A stretch of 64,000 bases of DNA, taken from assembly GCA_001662655.1 (NCBI GenBank), contig KV460263.1. The stretch is one strand, 5' to 3'. Shown here piece after piece: positions 13,390-26,962 of the stretch. The notes beneath the pieces were generated by a model that was not told the DNA's origin, did not search any database, and saw only the letters and a list, made by a program, of their open reading frames with translations. The DNA comes from Pseudogymnoascus verrucosus (lineage: Eukaryota). The translations under genes were made by a program, and so were the position numbers. Position 1 is the stretch's first letter. Every line of letters starts with the position of its first letter.

Positions 13390-16242
13390 TTATATGACAA
13401 AATTTACCGTCTTCCCACCCTTAACAACAATGACCTTCTTCGCCCCCTTGAGCTTCTCCACAAGAGGATTACTGCTCGCCTGAAGCGTTATTTTGTCTAC
13501 GATCCAATCCTTCAAGACATCTCCCTTCAACTTATCGCTTGGAGTCTCGATTTCTAGCGTAAATTTCAGCTTTCCGTTGACCTGCACCGCACATACGTGA
13601 CGGCTGCTCTTTAAACTCTCTGCCGTACCATCTTCCACTGGGAAGGCCTCCATTAAAACCGATGGTACCGATGTGGAATCATGGAGGATTTGCCATGATT
13701 CTTCAGCGAACGCTGGGGTAATGGGCGCCAGCATCTTGACCAGCGTTGCAAGTGCGTGGACCTGCACAGGCGAGGACTCTGGAAGGTCGAGAACAGTATT
13801 TGTGAGGCCCATTAGGTCAGACACGACTGTATTGAGCGCGTATGTCTGTGACAAGGATTCGGTGATGGAAGTTATCGTATTCTGCACAGCGAGCCAGGTG
13901 GCCGTCTCTTTATCCAGGAGCGCCGACGAGTTCAGATCGCTAGGCTTGTTGGTGAAGTACACTTTAGGGTCTGTGGGCAGCGAAGAAAGGACACCACGGT
14001 TGCGCTCCATCCTCTCATGTAGGCGTCGTAACCAGCGAGTTACGCCGCTTATCTTCCCCTCATCCCACTCGAGAACATCCGTGGGTGGTGCTTGGAATAG
14101 CATATGGGCGCGGGTCGCATCAGCACCGTATTTTTCGGTACAGGTGGCAGGGTCGACACCATTGAACTTTGACTTTGACATCTTCTCGTACGTAACGTTT
14201 GCGGTCTGGCCCGTCGCTATGATGATGGGCTTGTTGGGATTCTCCATGTCCACTTCTTCAGGTTTCAGGAATCGTCCCGTTGATGGGTCGGTGCAAGTCT
14301 TTCCGTGAACCATGCCTTGCGTTAGAAGCTGCTTAAATGGCTCTCCAAGCTCCAGCGCGCCCGTGGGCCAGAGTGGCGTAGTTGACAGGAATTTAGATAT
14401 GAACCTCGCATATAGTAGATGCAAAATCGCATGCTCAACTCCGCCAATGTACAAATCAACTGGCATAGTGGAATCAGCACTATCCGCGGAAAAGGGATTC
14501 TCTGTGTTGTGCGGATCTGCGAATCTCATAAAATACCAACTCGAATCTACAAACGTATCCATGGTGTCAGTATCGCGTTTAGCTGCGTGACCACATTCCG
14601 GACAAGGTGTGTTGACCCAATCATGCGCCTCTTCGAGCGGGTTTCCAGCTTTACCACGTAACCAGTGGCCCTCCACAGAGGGCAATGTGACTGGCAATTG
14701 ATCAACTGGCACTGGAACAGGGCCGCACGAATCGCAATGAATGATGGGGATAGGGGTGCCCCAATAACGTTGTCGACTAACCAGCCAATCTCGAAGTCGC
14801 CAGGTTTCTGTTGCTTTGGCGACTTCTCCGTTGTCAGCAAGTAGCTTGACGAGGGCTTCCCCTGCTTCGGCAGACGTCTTGCCGGCATATTCGCCACAAG
14901 CGTCAGTCAAAACGCCACTATGAGGAAATGGCTCTGACAACGACGAGTTGGATGCTACCTCTGCCGGCTCCGATGCCGACCGAATAACAACTCGGACTGG
15001 GTCTTCCGAGTTTTGCTTCCAGAATCCAAAATCTCGATTATCGTGCCCAGGCACACCCATAACGGCACCGTGGCCGTAATCCCCGAGCACATACGGAGCT
15101 ACGTAAATGGGCACAGAGGCTTTCGTTGCGTCAGGCGTTTTTGGGTCAAATGCTAGAGGGTTGATGGCCCGTACAGATGGGAGTACGTAGCCTGCTTTTG
15201 AGTCGGCTGCTAATGTTGGCATGGCTTCTAAGAACTTTTGCAGCTCATTGTCTGTTTTGGCGAGCTCGATAACCAATGGGTGATTGGAGGCCAGTGCGAT
15301 GTATTGGACTCCAAATAATGTGTCCGGTCGAGTTGTAAACGCTTGGATGCCCTCGTAATCCTGCTTGTCAAAGGACAATACAGGAAAACGAACCTGGGCA
15401 CCCTTTGATCTCCCCAACCAGTTCTTCTGCATTGAAACCACCCGCTCCGGCCAGCGCCCGTTTTTTGCAAGGACATCAAGATCCTCTAACAGAGATTCCC
15501 TAAATTCTGATATCTTGAAGAACCATTGTTTCAGCATTCTCTTCTCCACTTTGGCGCCTGATCGCCATGAGAGCCCATTGGAGTCGACTTGTTCGTTTGC
15601 TAGAACTGTTTTATCAACGGGGTCCCAATTGACCATGCTCTCCGCTTGGTAGGCGAGACCACGTTCATGAAGCATGAGGAATATGCGTTGGGTATGTTTA
15701 TAAAACTCCGGGTCGCAAGTCGCTAGTTCTCTGCTCCAATCCCAGCTTCCGTTCATTCCTTTTAACTGATGCTTCATCTTCGCGATGTTATCCTTAGTCC
15801 AGACAGCAGGGTCAATTCCTCGTTCGATAGCCGCATTCTCTGCCGGAAGCCCAAATGCGTCCCATCCTATGGGAAGCAGCACATTGTAGCCTTGCATGCG
15901 CCGAAATCGTGCCAGCACGTCCGGTATGGTATAATTGCGGAAATGGCCCAGATGGAGATTCCCAGATGGGTAGGGAAACATTGGCAAAATATACATCTTC
16001 TTCTCATCCTCCAAGGGTGTCGTCAGCGGCCCCTCCCGCTCGCCCCATATATGCTGCCATTTCTTGTCCAGGGCGACTAAGTCAAGCTTCGCACCATGGG
16101 CGTATGTCCTCTGGGAAGCAATAATAATATGGTCGAGTCGGCTGAAGCTTGAGCTCCGCGATGCCGCCAGCCTGCCATGGTGTCGCCATGAGACTAGCTG
16201 AGGCTGGTTCCAGCCAATTCGAGATATCAGAGCCTTGCGCAT
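13390..16242 (-). CDS. NAM2: Mitochondrial leucyl-tRNA synthetase
   Basis: 950-aa intronless [16 protein letters not shown] (HIGH), [15 protein letters not shown] editing domain, [14 protein letters not shown]; Arg/Ser-rich presequence. Confidence 0.96.
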   Translation of the reverse strand: MRKALISRIGWNQPQLVSWRHHGRLAASRSSSFSRLDHIIIASQRTYAHGAKLDLVALDKKWQHIWGEREGPLTTPLEDEKKMYILPMFPYPSGNLHLGHFRNYTIPDVLARFRRMQGYNVLLPIGWDAFGLPAENAAIERGIDPAVWTKDNIAKMKHQLKGMNGSWDWSRELATCDPEFYKHTQRIFLMLHERGLAYQAESMVNWDPVDKTVLANEQVDSNGLSWRSGAKVEKRMLKQWFFKISEFRESLLEDLDVLAKNGRWPERVVSMQKNWLGRSKGAQVRFPVLSFDKQDYEGIQAFTTRPDTLFGVQYIALASNHPLVIELAKTDNELQKFLEAMPTLAADSKAGYVLPSVRAINPLAFDPKTPDATKASVPIYVAPYVLGDYGHGAVMGVPGHDNRDFGFWKQNSEDPVRVVIRSASEPAEVASNSSLSEPFPHSGVLTDACGEYAGKTSAEAGEALVKLLADNGEVAKATETWRLRDWLVSRQRYWGTPIPIIHCDSCGPVPVPVDQLPVTLPSVEGHWLRGKAGNPLEEAHDWVNTPCPECGHAAKRDTDTMDTFVDSSWYFMRFADPHNTENPFSADSADSTMPVDLYIGGVEHAILHLLYARFISKFLSTTPLWPTGALELGEPFKQLLTQGMVHGKTCTDPSTGRFLKPEEVDMENPNKPIIIATGQTANVTYEKMSKSKFNGVDPATCTEKYGADATRAHMLFQAPPTDVLEWDEGKISGVTRWLRRLHERMERNRGVLSSLPTDPKVYFTNKPSDLNSSALLDKETATWLAVQNTITSITESLSQTYALNTVVSDLMGLTNTVLDLPESSPVQVHALATLVKMLAPITPAFAEESWQILHDSTSVPSVLMEAFPVEDGTAESLKSSRHVCAVQVNGKLKFTLEIETPSDKLKGDVLKDWIVDKITLQASSNPLVEKLKGAKKVIVVKGGKTVNFVI

Positions 16243-16606
16243 TCTTTTCGCTCATGCATTGCGCCGCTTGGTCGTTGCTGATGGGTTGTCGCCGTCAATA
16301 ATTGAGCCTTGTAGGTTCCGCGCCTGTAACGCACGGACCAACTCTTAGTGTCCAAGAGCGGCACAAGCCCGCTATCCATATCTGGTAATTCAAAAGGGTC
16401 CTTGTCAAGGCACGCTCCAAGAACACAACAAGCAACGCCCTTTGCTTCAATCGACCAGACGTGCCCACTTCGACAAATCGAAACCTACCGATCGGATTTG
16501 CTCGCTTTGGCTACACATATCAATCTGCCCGCGCGCAACATGAATGGTGCATGATTGGACGCCAAACAAGACCTTCTAGGTCAACCTATACATATTCACA
16601 AACGCG

Positions 16607-18495
16607 ATGTCTCGATACGCACAAGTAAACTACGATACCCGCGACTCTCTTGAGCTTGCATCACTTGCGTCGTCTTCGCCAGATGGCCGCGCCTCCACAG
16701 ATTCAAGTTCGTCACAAGGCGTCTCCTCCTCGCGAAAACTTTCACTGGAAGCCGAAGACCCTTTAGATACACATAACGCCGCGGCAGATGCCAGACCCGC
16801 GGGGCACAATAGGACATTTTCTGTGTCATCCGCTTTCGAATTCACATCCAACCTCTTCCCGTTATCGTCAACTACTGCCAGCGGATATGCTCGAATAGGA
16901 GAGGCGATAGCCCCGTCGGATCCGGCGACAGGGTTGGGCGGGGTGTCGTTGGAGAAGCACAAGACGTTGACATACTTGAACGGGCTGTCGCTTATAGTCG
17001 GTTTAGTCATTGGGTCGGGGATTTTTTCTTCTCCTGGCCAGGTCATCACCAGAGCGGGCTCACCTGGAGCATCTCTGATTATATGGGTGATCGCCGGAGT
17101 ACTGGCGTGGACGGGGGCAGCCAGTTATGCCGAATTAGGAGGCGCAATACCACTCAACGGGGGTCCACAAGTCTATCTATCGAAGATATTTGGCGAGCTG
17201 TTTGGATTTTTGTTCACATGGTGCGCTGTGGTGGTGCTGAAACCGGGCTCAACCGCCATTATTGCCATTATTTTTGGGGAATACCTGGTGCGCGCGATTG
17301 TTGGCGCGGAAGCGGAGAGTGTCAATCCGTGGATTAACAAGGGCGTTGCGTTGTTTGGGCTGTTGTCAGTGACGTTTATGAATTGCCTATCCACGAAGCT
17401 AGGAACACGCATTGGGGATATGTTTATGTTCCTGAAATTCATTGCTTTACTGGGCGTTACTATTATTGGGATCGTTGTGGCCATTACCGGATACTCTGCA
17501 TCAGGAGAAGCAAATCGCGACTGGAAAACCCATGGATGGTTTGAGGGTACGAGTACAGACATCTCTTCGTGGGCTGTTGCTCTGTACTCGGGGTTATGGG
17601 CCTTCGATGGCTGGGATAATGTACGTTGTTTTTTGCTAACTCAAGAACTTGCAAATACTAACTGTTATAGACCAATTATGTTGTCGGAGAGTTCCGTAAT
17701 CCGGGGAGAGACCTTCCTCGGGTTATTCATACGGCAATGCCGATGGTTATCGTGAGCTACCTGTTGGCCAACGTTGCATACTTCTTCGTTCTTCCTCTCG
17801 ACGCCATCAAGTCCACCAATACTGTGGCTGTTCTCTTCGGTGCCAAGGTGTTTGGCACCGCAGGTTCTCTGATCCTCTCCCTTATCGTCAGTGCGTCTTG
17901 TCTTGGTGCGCTTAATGCCACTGCTTTCACTAGTGGCCGGCTGGTCTACGCTGCTGGCAAAGAGGGATATCTACCATCTATCCTCGGCAAGGTCGGTGTG
18001 GGCAATCAAGTCGAACACCCATCACTATCAACGCTGCGGACGCGGTCTTGGCTTTCAAAGAAGTTGGCTGTTCTGTTTGGCGACAGCGAAACAGGGCTGT
18101 TCTTTACGCCCGTCAACGCACTGGTGTTCAACGCGCTCATCGCAGTTGTGTATATCATCATTGGCGATTTCAGCACACTTCTCACTTTCTACGGTGTTGC
18201 GGGATACACCTTCTACTTTTTGACCGTGCTCGGCCTAATCGTTCTGAGGGTCAGAGAGCCACACCTGGAACGCCCATATAAGACCTGGATAAGCACGCCC
18301 ATAATCTTTTGTTGTGTAAGTCTGTTTTTATTAAGTAGGGCCGTGTTTGCTGAGCCGCTACAAACCCTTATTGTTGCTGCATTTGTGGTCGTAGGGATTC
18401 CGATATATTACTGGCGTGTACGGGGCAGAGATCAGATGTCTCGGAGGCAAGGAGAAAATGGGGAAAGGCCGTGGTGGAAGTTCTGGAAACGCTAA
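16607..18495 (+). CDS. APC superfamily L-type amino acid transporter (LAT/MUP-like)
   Basis: IGSGIFSSPG, SYAELGGAIPLNGG, GLWAFDGWDN, intron 17621-17670, then TNYVVGEFRNPGRDLPRVI; LERPYKT; many hydrophobic segments. Confidence 0.92.
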
Positions 18496-20083
18496 AAATA
18501 ACGAAGATAATTGTACTGTACATATACTGTTATACCCATAGATCACCTATAGACGCAATCAGACGTCTGTTGTCATATTAAATTAATTTATTGAATTTGC
18601 GAGCATTGAGTCATTGGTCACGTGATATGTTGTTCATCCCTTGAAGAAGCTGTGAACGAGCATCTTGTAATATGTGGTCTTCGACTTCTTCGACATCTTT
18701 GACCATGTTTCATTGCCGGTCAGCGAATGTATCGTCTCGACTTTTTGTTCCATTGCCTTGCCCCTGTCGACGATCAATTGTGATCTGAGCGTCGCGTCTC
18801 ACACCCATGTGTTGCCGTGTGCCGCGCGACCAACTGCGACAGCTCAGGTTTGAAGTTTCTGGGCACCTTCGCCTTGGCTCTCCATACCCGAACAGACCAA
18901 AGCTCGTCAACAATCGATATTCAGGGTATCGGCAGCTTCGCTATGAGTAGAGCTTAAGATTATCTACTTCGGTGTAGACCCAAGGATTTTCAGTGTCGAC
19001 GTTTGTTCTTGTCATTTCGCACATACCCGTGAGCCTTAAGTGGGAGTGAACGATTGATGGAATTTGTTGAGCTTCAATATTAGTCCAAGTCAGCCTCTCC
19101 ACTAGGAGCAAAGGTTTCCTCGGAATATCTACCTGAATAAAGATAAATTGCAATAGATTGCCTGTGCATGAACTGCGGACCAAGGCCAAGCCGGAGGCGA
19201 CGCTCTGATCCTGTCTGGATTTCAGACGACCAAGGGACTTGCGGGAGTTTGAGACGCCGTCACGTTTCGGAATCACCCCGAACGGCCACAATCTTGACAA
19301 ACTCGAGACTCACAACGTTGAAGATTTTGAGCAGGCATATTGCCAATGCCCCGTGAATGGCCATCCGCATGGGTCTGGTCTTATCGATACACGCACAGAG
19401 AAACACGTTGCCCATGATGAGACGCACGAAGACGTGAAGGTGGCGTCAGCGATGGACTATCAGATAGATTGCTAGGCAGAATGCGACCAGAGTTTGGATG
19501 CATTCTGCACTATTCCACGTTTGGGGCGAAAAAACGACCTGGAAACGGCATTCCAGGTTTTTATTTTGGAAGAGAATAGCACAGTAGCCTGGAAGATCCC
19601 CACCAACGTATCCCACCCCGCACGCGTCCAAAACCTTGCTATCGCGATTGAAAAGTGCAGGCTCGGATTTTGAGTGACCCGTGTGCAGGGCTCTCGAACC
19701 TATTCTATCGTCATAGCCCCCTTGCCGCAGTTTCGTTCTTATAATGCATTCCTCCCATATGCCCAAGAAAGTACACAGCCTGGTGCTTTACGTTCTTTTT
19801 GTCGGCGACGTCGATTATTCCCTTCTGTCGGCTTCATTGCTTTGACTGACATTTGTCACCTCTTCTGCTGGCTCAGGACTTACGTTTCTTGTTACAGTTT
19901 ATCTTTGCCAACTTACTACTTCTCCTCGGACAATATCTCAACCCTGAGATTATCACTGCCCGAAGCCCTTTTCACTCTCTATGACAGATACAACACACAT
20001 TGCTCTAATGGTCTTCACAAACAGCAATACACTTTCCCGTTAGGCCAGTCACTCAAAGGATCACATCTCGACTCGGCTTCAAC

Positions 20084-22129
20084 ATGGTGAATGCAGTATC
20101 TTGGCTAGAAAGACGAGCAAGCGATGCGATCGCAATTCAGATATGGCAGGCACAGATGGGAGAGGGTAGTGACCAGACAGAAGCACAAAGAGTGATATCA
20201 AGTCTTGTCTTTGAGAACAGCAAATCTATCCGAACATCTACAATCATTTTAGCAGCATTCAACGGCGTCGCCGCTTTTGCCACTGCTTTCAGCATACTTT
20301 ACGACTGCTATTGTACCTCTAAACGTTATGGGAGCACTTCGAATTCTAAGTATGACTTTCAAGATGCTCTCTCGATCCACTTAGCTTACCTCTGTTATAG
20401 GAAGTTCTTCCTTTGGGCGATGCATCCTGCAGAGACATTTCCACTTGTGCTCGCGTTGGGTATCGTTGTTCAGGGACTCATCTTTGCGATTGCTCAAAGT
20501 TTTGGTCTGCAGTCCTTGATGATTGATAGTTGCAGTACCATCGCACAATTTGTATTTCCGGGTATGTTATCAAGCTGCCACCATGAGACTGTTGCTGACA
20601 GCCCTAGCTATCTTTCTGCCTTCCTATATTCACATAGTGTTTGGTGTCGAGTGCGCAATACGATCCTTACGAAAGGAGCCTTTTAAACAGAGAGGCAAAT
20701 ACGACGTAACGATATGCATATCTGCCATTGCCTTGATGGCTATTGGCACCTGGATACCAACGCAAATTAGCAAACAACCAAACCACTGTTTTGCATCGTT
20801 GATGTGGTTTGTGACAAACTTTGGCGTTGCTGGACTCGGCATTCTCTGTTCTATCGCTTTTTTCGCCATTTCTAGTTCAGTCATCATCTGCTACCGCTTG
20901 TCGACGCACAAGGCAATTGACCAACACCAGCGTATTGCGGCATCTCGAGTGGTGTACTATCTTATCCTAAAACTTGTTGGACTCGTGAGTGAGCACTATT
21001 CTAAGATATGAATCCGCCTAACGATGTGTAGGCATTTGTAACACCTTGGTTTGTCACAATGACAATAAAAGAACCAACCATTCTCACGGCCATGATGGCG
21101 ACGGTGGTTTTGAATCTCGTTGGCCTCATGACGGGAACTTTGCAGCTGTTCCTACGTGCAAACACTGCGACTACATCCTTTCGACCAAAAGGAACTCCCG
21201 GTTGGAGCGGAAAGAAGCACGAGATAAGAATGTGGGGCCCCAACGACCTTGGATTCGGTGGACACATTTTACAACCATTATCTGGCCCCCGGAGCCCTGC
21301 ACCTTCCAGCAGTGAAGGGGGCTTTCCCCGTGAGAAATACCGGCCGTCAACCTCGGAATCGTCACAAAGCCCCCGTCGTTTTGATATGACATCAAACGAG
21401 ACCAAATTATCTTCTATCAATCCACCTCCCGTCACACCCACGGGGCTCCCATCGAGGCCGAATCAAAATATTACCACTGGGTCCTCACCGCCTAGACTAC
21501 AGAGGCATAAGCAATCTCAATCATACTCCCTATTTCCGAATGAGGAGGCGTCTACAAGCCCGTCTCGCTCACAAGAACCAAGCTCCATCATTTCAACCAC
21601 CAAGCTTCCATCCACGACGTTCACGCTACCACCTCCTCAAATAAATTTTGACTCGTCAGCTGAGCTTCAACCACCACCGTCATTATTTGTGCCTCGCGGA
21701 CACCGGAGAGACTCGTCTATGGTTTCTTCTGCAACAGTACAGATTGGGCTTCGACTGACGTATATGGATGAAGAACCGTGCCCATTGCTTACAGATGCTC
21801 AGAAAGAAGCACATGCACAAAGTACAAACTCAAAAATGCCACCTAGGTCTAAATCACCTGCGTTGCAGGTCCAGACCCAAAATTTGCCATCACTGCAGTT
21901 ACAGTTGGGAAATGAACGTCTGTCACCTCAAGAGAGAGCAGCTAGGATGAAGACTCTACCCCCGGTACCACGACCTAATGAAGCGCGGATCGCGGAGAGT
22001 GTCTCTAATGACTCCGAGAGTAACGAGCCACGGCTATCACCTACGGTTTATATGCCACCGAATAAGTCAAAGAAGCTCGCTGCAGAACAGGATGAGAAAC
22101 CAAGGGCAAGCAAGGTAAACTGGATATGA
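20084..22129 (+). CDS. Orphan 7-transmembrane GPCR-like protein with long Ser/Pro-rich tail
   Basis: Introns 20350-20400, 20562-20607 and 20985-21031 join three ORFs in frame; seven hydrophobic segments; Cys at the top of TM3 (SCSTI) and in loop 4-5 (NHCF). Confidence 0.75.
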
Positions 22130-22419
22130 GTGTTATGAGTTATGGTGTTCTTCGATTCTTTATGGGTATATAGGGAGCGGCAGGAGATTGGATGGATGCA
22201 TCAGCGGATCTACATCAGGTATTCGAAATTTCTGCTTCACTTGCTACGGCTGTGTTTGGATACTGGATAGGATGGACAGATTCATAGGTGTATATAAATG
22301 TAAAAGATAGCGGCAAGAGAATTGGAATTTTGGAGCTCTCTCTCGTATGGCGATGAATGGTATTGGATAACCATTTCACGTAAATCGATTATGGGTATGA
22401 AATCATTGTGCTTCCTATT

Positions 22420-24310
22420 TCAAGAAACTGGTACCATCAATCGATCGATATCAGCCACTTCGAGGAGTTAGCAAGTCTTAATCTTTAATAAGGATTGGCT
22501 CTGCCTACCGTATCCACCATTATACGCCTCGAACTTAATCACGTTCCCCGAGCCGCTGTTCAACGGCACCGTTAAGACTGACGTCCCTGGAGTATTACCA
22601 TCTGGAGACGGTAAAAATGCGATTATGTTCGACACGCCATTGACTATCACGTTTCCGTATCTCTGTGACTTGTCCCCATTCGCATAGTGGATCCGGATTG
22701 TCGTCGTCGTAGAGCTCGTACTCGAAATGGCAGGGAATGTTAACGTACCACCAGACGAGCCGCCTATATACCCGATGGACTTGCTTCCCGAGCATCCAGA
22801 GCAAGTTACGACTTTGGCGCCACCTGCGAGAGTGTTGGAGCTGGCTTCAGCTTCGGGAGATGTTTCTGAAGGGCCTCCAGACCAGGTCCCCGCGGATGGG
22901 TTGATTACCCAATTGACTCTATTAGACTGTTCATGTGTCAGAGGTATTAGATAGTATTCTGGGGAAATTGTAGAGCGGTACCATTGAGGCGGTTGTGCCT
23001 GAAATTGTCAAGGGCAACCAGACGTAGGTAGATCTCATTAGGTTGCTGGACACCCAACGGTCGCCCATATACATAACAACCCCATTTATAGAAACCACAG
23101 CAGTGGTTTGGGAGCTATAAGTATTAGATCCAGAATCTGCGAACGTCTTCCATGCCGCCCATGGGCCGCTGAGGCTGGTTGCTGTAGTGTACACGTTGTC
23201 ATTCGCATCTAACAATTTGATAAGTACGGTACTACATAAAATATACTCGGCAGGTATTCTTACCCCATCCTATGCTTTTGATTAGTTTTTATACTGTATC
23301 GATATGGGGACGGATAAACTAACCAGTCAGGTGCGAAGCAAACATGAAATATGTGCTGCCAGATTTGTAAATTGCGGGCGACTCGTAGCTCCCAAAAGTA
23401 TAGACTTCTGATGCTACGCTCAGATAATCAGAAGACAGTTTATCGATTCTCAGGCCGCTCGCTCGCTGTAAAAATACAAAATTAGAGGTGTATCTCTCAT
23501 ATGTAGTGGTGGGTAAGGCTTACATCTTCAGTTAGAAGGTATGCCGTTCCATCAGTATCTATCTGCATTAGCTGTGAAATCGTTTACCGAGTAGAGAAAT
23601 ATGATAAGTCACAAACCTTTGAAAAGATTGATATCTCTAGATTGATGGCCAAGCGGTTGTGAAGAGCCGCTAGAGAGGCATCCTGTCAGGCCCTTCCTGT
23701 CACGGATTGTAGACAGGATGTAAATCTTACAGATACGTATAATCACCGCAAACAGAAGAGGAGGTGGCAACTCCAGCTTTTGCTTCTCCGTATGAGCTTG
23801 AATCGATATGCAACCACATGACATATTTAGACGAGGCAGAGTTGTAGATAATATGCGGCCTTTCCACAACACGGCTTGGGCCCAATTCTCCAGAGGGTTG
23901 CAGGGTCAGTAGTTTATTTACGAAAGTCCATTGAACGAGATCCTTTTGACAAGTCAGCGTGGGTCCACGAGCAGGTATCGGTTGCCATGTACAGTGCTAG
24001 AGTAGCAGTTGATTGATTGGAAGGAACTCCCATCAAGCTTGTTCTCTCCAATCAAATAATATGTCGAGCCGACCTGGATAATTTCTGTACGATCTCAGTC
24101 TCCAACATCTCGTTTTCGCGATATACGCTCTCACCTCCTCCGTGGGCCTGCACATGCTGGTTCGTCCCCTTTGCGGTCCACGTTGATCCTGGGATCTATA
24201 GCACCCATTAATCATAGATCTTTGCTATAGAAGGCAAAGCATACAATCTGGAGAGTGGCCGATACCACATTAATAGACAACGCCGCTACGAGCGCAACGA
24301 GGGACAACAT
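22420..24310 (-). CDS. Secreted GH43 glycosidase (exo-beta-1,3-galactanase-like, GH43_24) with C-terminal CBM35-like module
   Basis: Signal peptide MLSLVALVAALSINVVSA; spliced model with 10 introns gives QAHGG, VVERPHIIYN, YESPA, SHLTGWDANDN, TYSSQT, YMGDRW, then EAE...CSGCSG...GYIGG...DIDRLMVP. Confidence 0.85.
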
Positions 24311-25540
24311 ATTGGGCAGTTTCGTTTCGCAATTCGGCCAACTCGAGGGCTTCATGGCGTGGGAGAAGCCCGCTCGTTATAACTCCGACGACCTCGGAAG
24401 ATCTTACCCATATTGGCATCCTCCAACATTGCCTAAATGCACAGCGATATCAGGTGTGTGCTATAAGTGCTATAAGGAATAATTATGTTCGAAACGCCGA
24501 AGATACATGAGTGGGTTCGGCGGGGATAAGCTTAAAAGTATTGCCGATTGGCGTTTTCTGGCTGCCGATCACGATTTGTATTTACAGGTAGCTGCTGGCC
24601 CTTTGCCTCGGCCACATCCATCAAAACTAATAGCAGGCCTATAAAACCCGAGGTCCCAACTAATCCACACTCTACGCACGTGTGTATGAGAAAAACAAAG
24701 ATATGCCTTTTGAATGTGAATTAAACTTCCATGGAGGTACCTTCGATGATGCATTTGGACCCAACAAGGGCGATGATTACCTCCAGAATCAAATATATTT
24801 ACTATATAAGTTTGCAGACAAACTCCGAGATTATAGCATCTATCTCGTGAGATGCAAAAAACAAAGGCACCAAAGTTAAGTAATACAGGTCTACTTTGAA
24901 AAGGTTGATTTTTAAAGTTAAGCTATGCTGATCTATTCTCAAATCTAGTTTAAACGTGCTTTTAACGATTACAAGAACTTGGCAGCGGATAAGCCGCCAC
25001 GCTATATCATTAACGGGAATCGTCGTATTTCATGTTTCCCCGCCTTCTGGTAAGACTTGCAAACCCTCAACCAGTTCCAGCACCAAATGGAGGCACCGTC
25101 ACGTGAGAAACACACCCGAGGGGTATGGGGTTCAGTGTCGATCGATCTGCCGATGTGGAGGGGGGAAGCCGGATATTTACCCGCAGTGCCGATCAGCCAC
25201 TGGAGCTTGGACACACACTCCTGGAAGCTGATGCCGGCGGTCAATGTTTAGTCTCCATTTCCCCACACTTCCATCAGTTTAATATATACCAGAACCCATC
25301 ACGAATGGGATCCATTTTAGCCGCGAGTGCAACGAATAGCCATGTGATGGGGTAAACAAAATGCCCGGAGAGTTATGGCCGCTGCGTGCAGCGACGACCA
25401 TGCAGGTACTTTCAATCCTTGCACCTATAGGTATCACCGCCGGCCCGGCAGATATACCAATATCATGCCAATCTACTTTGACTGCGCGCGAGGTGACAGT
25501 CACCCTGCCTGCTGCCCATACGATATTCACCTTCCTCTTT

Positions 25541-25932
25541 CCCCGCATTGTCTACCCCCACTCTGGGGCCTGGGGTCGATGAACACGCCATCCACCTACC
25601 GGCATCTGGATGGAGCGGTGGAGCATGGCTCATTTGTCTCAACCTTCGACCGTTATCCTTTGAAAGTTCTCTGCAATCCGGGAATTCGAATCCATGCCTC
25701 ATATGTGCCTTTTGAGCCTTGTGACCGAGGATCACGGCCCGGTTGGGTTTTGGCATCCGTAATAGTGCACTTGGCACCAGCAGCATCCTCACCTGGAAGG
25801 TCTAGGTCTCGCGTTTCATTCTAGTATATTTTTTTCCTGGGGTTTCCAAGCTTGGCCTTGATGACAATTTGTTCGTCGCGTCTCTACACTGGCATAACGG
25901 CCCTGCTTTAAATATTGGAAGCCTGTATAAAA
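25541..25932 (+). promoter_or_regulatory. Cluster of CreA/Cre1-type SYGGRG sites plus TATA box upstream of LPMO gene
   Basis: SYGGRG (either strand) at 25541, 25556, 25563, 25570, 25618, 25837; TATAAAA at 25926, 80 nt before ATG 26006. The motif is short, so chance matches are common. Confidence 0.45.
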
Positions 25933-26005
25933 GCATCCGCATCTCTCTCTCACTTGGCACTCCCCCAACCACCTTCATCCTCACAGCTCACCTCCATCTA
26001 CAGCC

Positions 26006-26962
26006 ATGAAGCTATCTATTACTGCCCTTGCAGTCGCGCTTCTTGCCCGAGAGGCATCAGCTCACTGTACGTCCCCAACCTCGATTAAAAATACTGAATA
26101 GGCCCTTACATATGCAGATATCTTTCAATACCTGACTTATGGTGGCACAAAGTTTCCCCAATACCAATATATCCGGAAGAACACCAACTATAACTCTCCC
26201 GTCACCGACCTCACCTCTAATGACCTCCGATGCAATGAGGGCGGCTCGGTCGGTGCTGGGGCCACCATTTCCGTGACTGCAGGTTCAACTGTCACCTTCA
26301 CCGCAGATGTTGCGGTTTACCATCAAGGACCTACCTCCTTCTACATGGCCAAGGCCAGCAGCACTGCTAATACTTTCGACGGCGCCGGCAACGTTTGGTT
26401 CAAAATTAAGGATATTGGCCCGACCTTCTCCAACGGCGCGGCCACTTGGGATCTCGGACTCACCTACAGCGTTACTATTCCCGCCAGCGTACCCAATGGC
26501 GAATATCTTCTCCGTATCCAACAGCTCGCCATCCACAACCCGTGGCCTGCAGGAATTCCCCAGTTCTACATAGAGTGCGCACAGATTTCCGTCACAGGCG
26601 GTGGCAGTGGAGTCCCAGGCCCCTTGGTTGCTATCCCAGGTGCTTTCCACGATACTGATCCTGGATACACTGTCAACATCTACAACGCCTTCACCAGCTA
26701 CACTGTTCCAGGCCCTGCTGTCTGGACTGGCGGGAATAGCGGCGGCGGGGGCGGCGGCGTCACCACCCCACCTGCTACAACAACAAAATCCCCAACAACC
26801 ACTGCGCCACCTACGCAGCAGACATCTACGACACCTCCTACTACTGGCACTGGTTCTCCACTTTATGGGCAATGTGGGGGCACCGGCTGGACTGGCCCAA
26901 CCACCTGCGCTAGTGGCACTTGCAAGGTTACAAACGAGTGGTATAGCCAATGCTTGCCATAG
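26006..26962 (+). CDS. AA9 lytic polysaccharide monooxygenase + CBM1 (type-1/C1-like)
   Basis: Signal peptide then mature His1 (ASA|HY, intron 26067-26117); [43 protein letters not shown]1 [15 protein letters not shown]...WYSQCL. Confidence 0.95.

Noticed and set aside
24682..24879. 65-aa ORF with LYKFADKL, reminiscent of fungal BTB proteins
   Set aside because: Single short motif, no ATG-led gene structure; could be chance.
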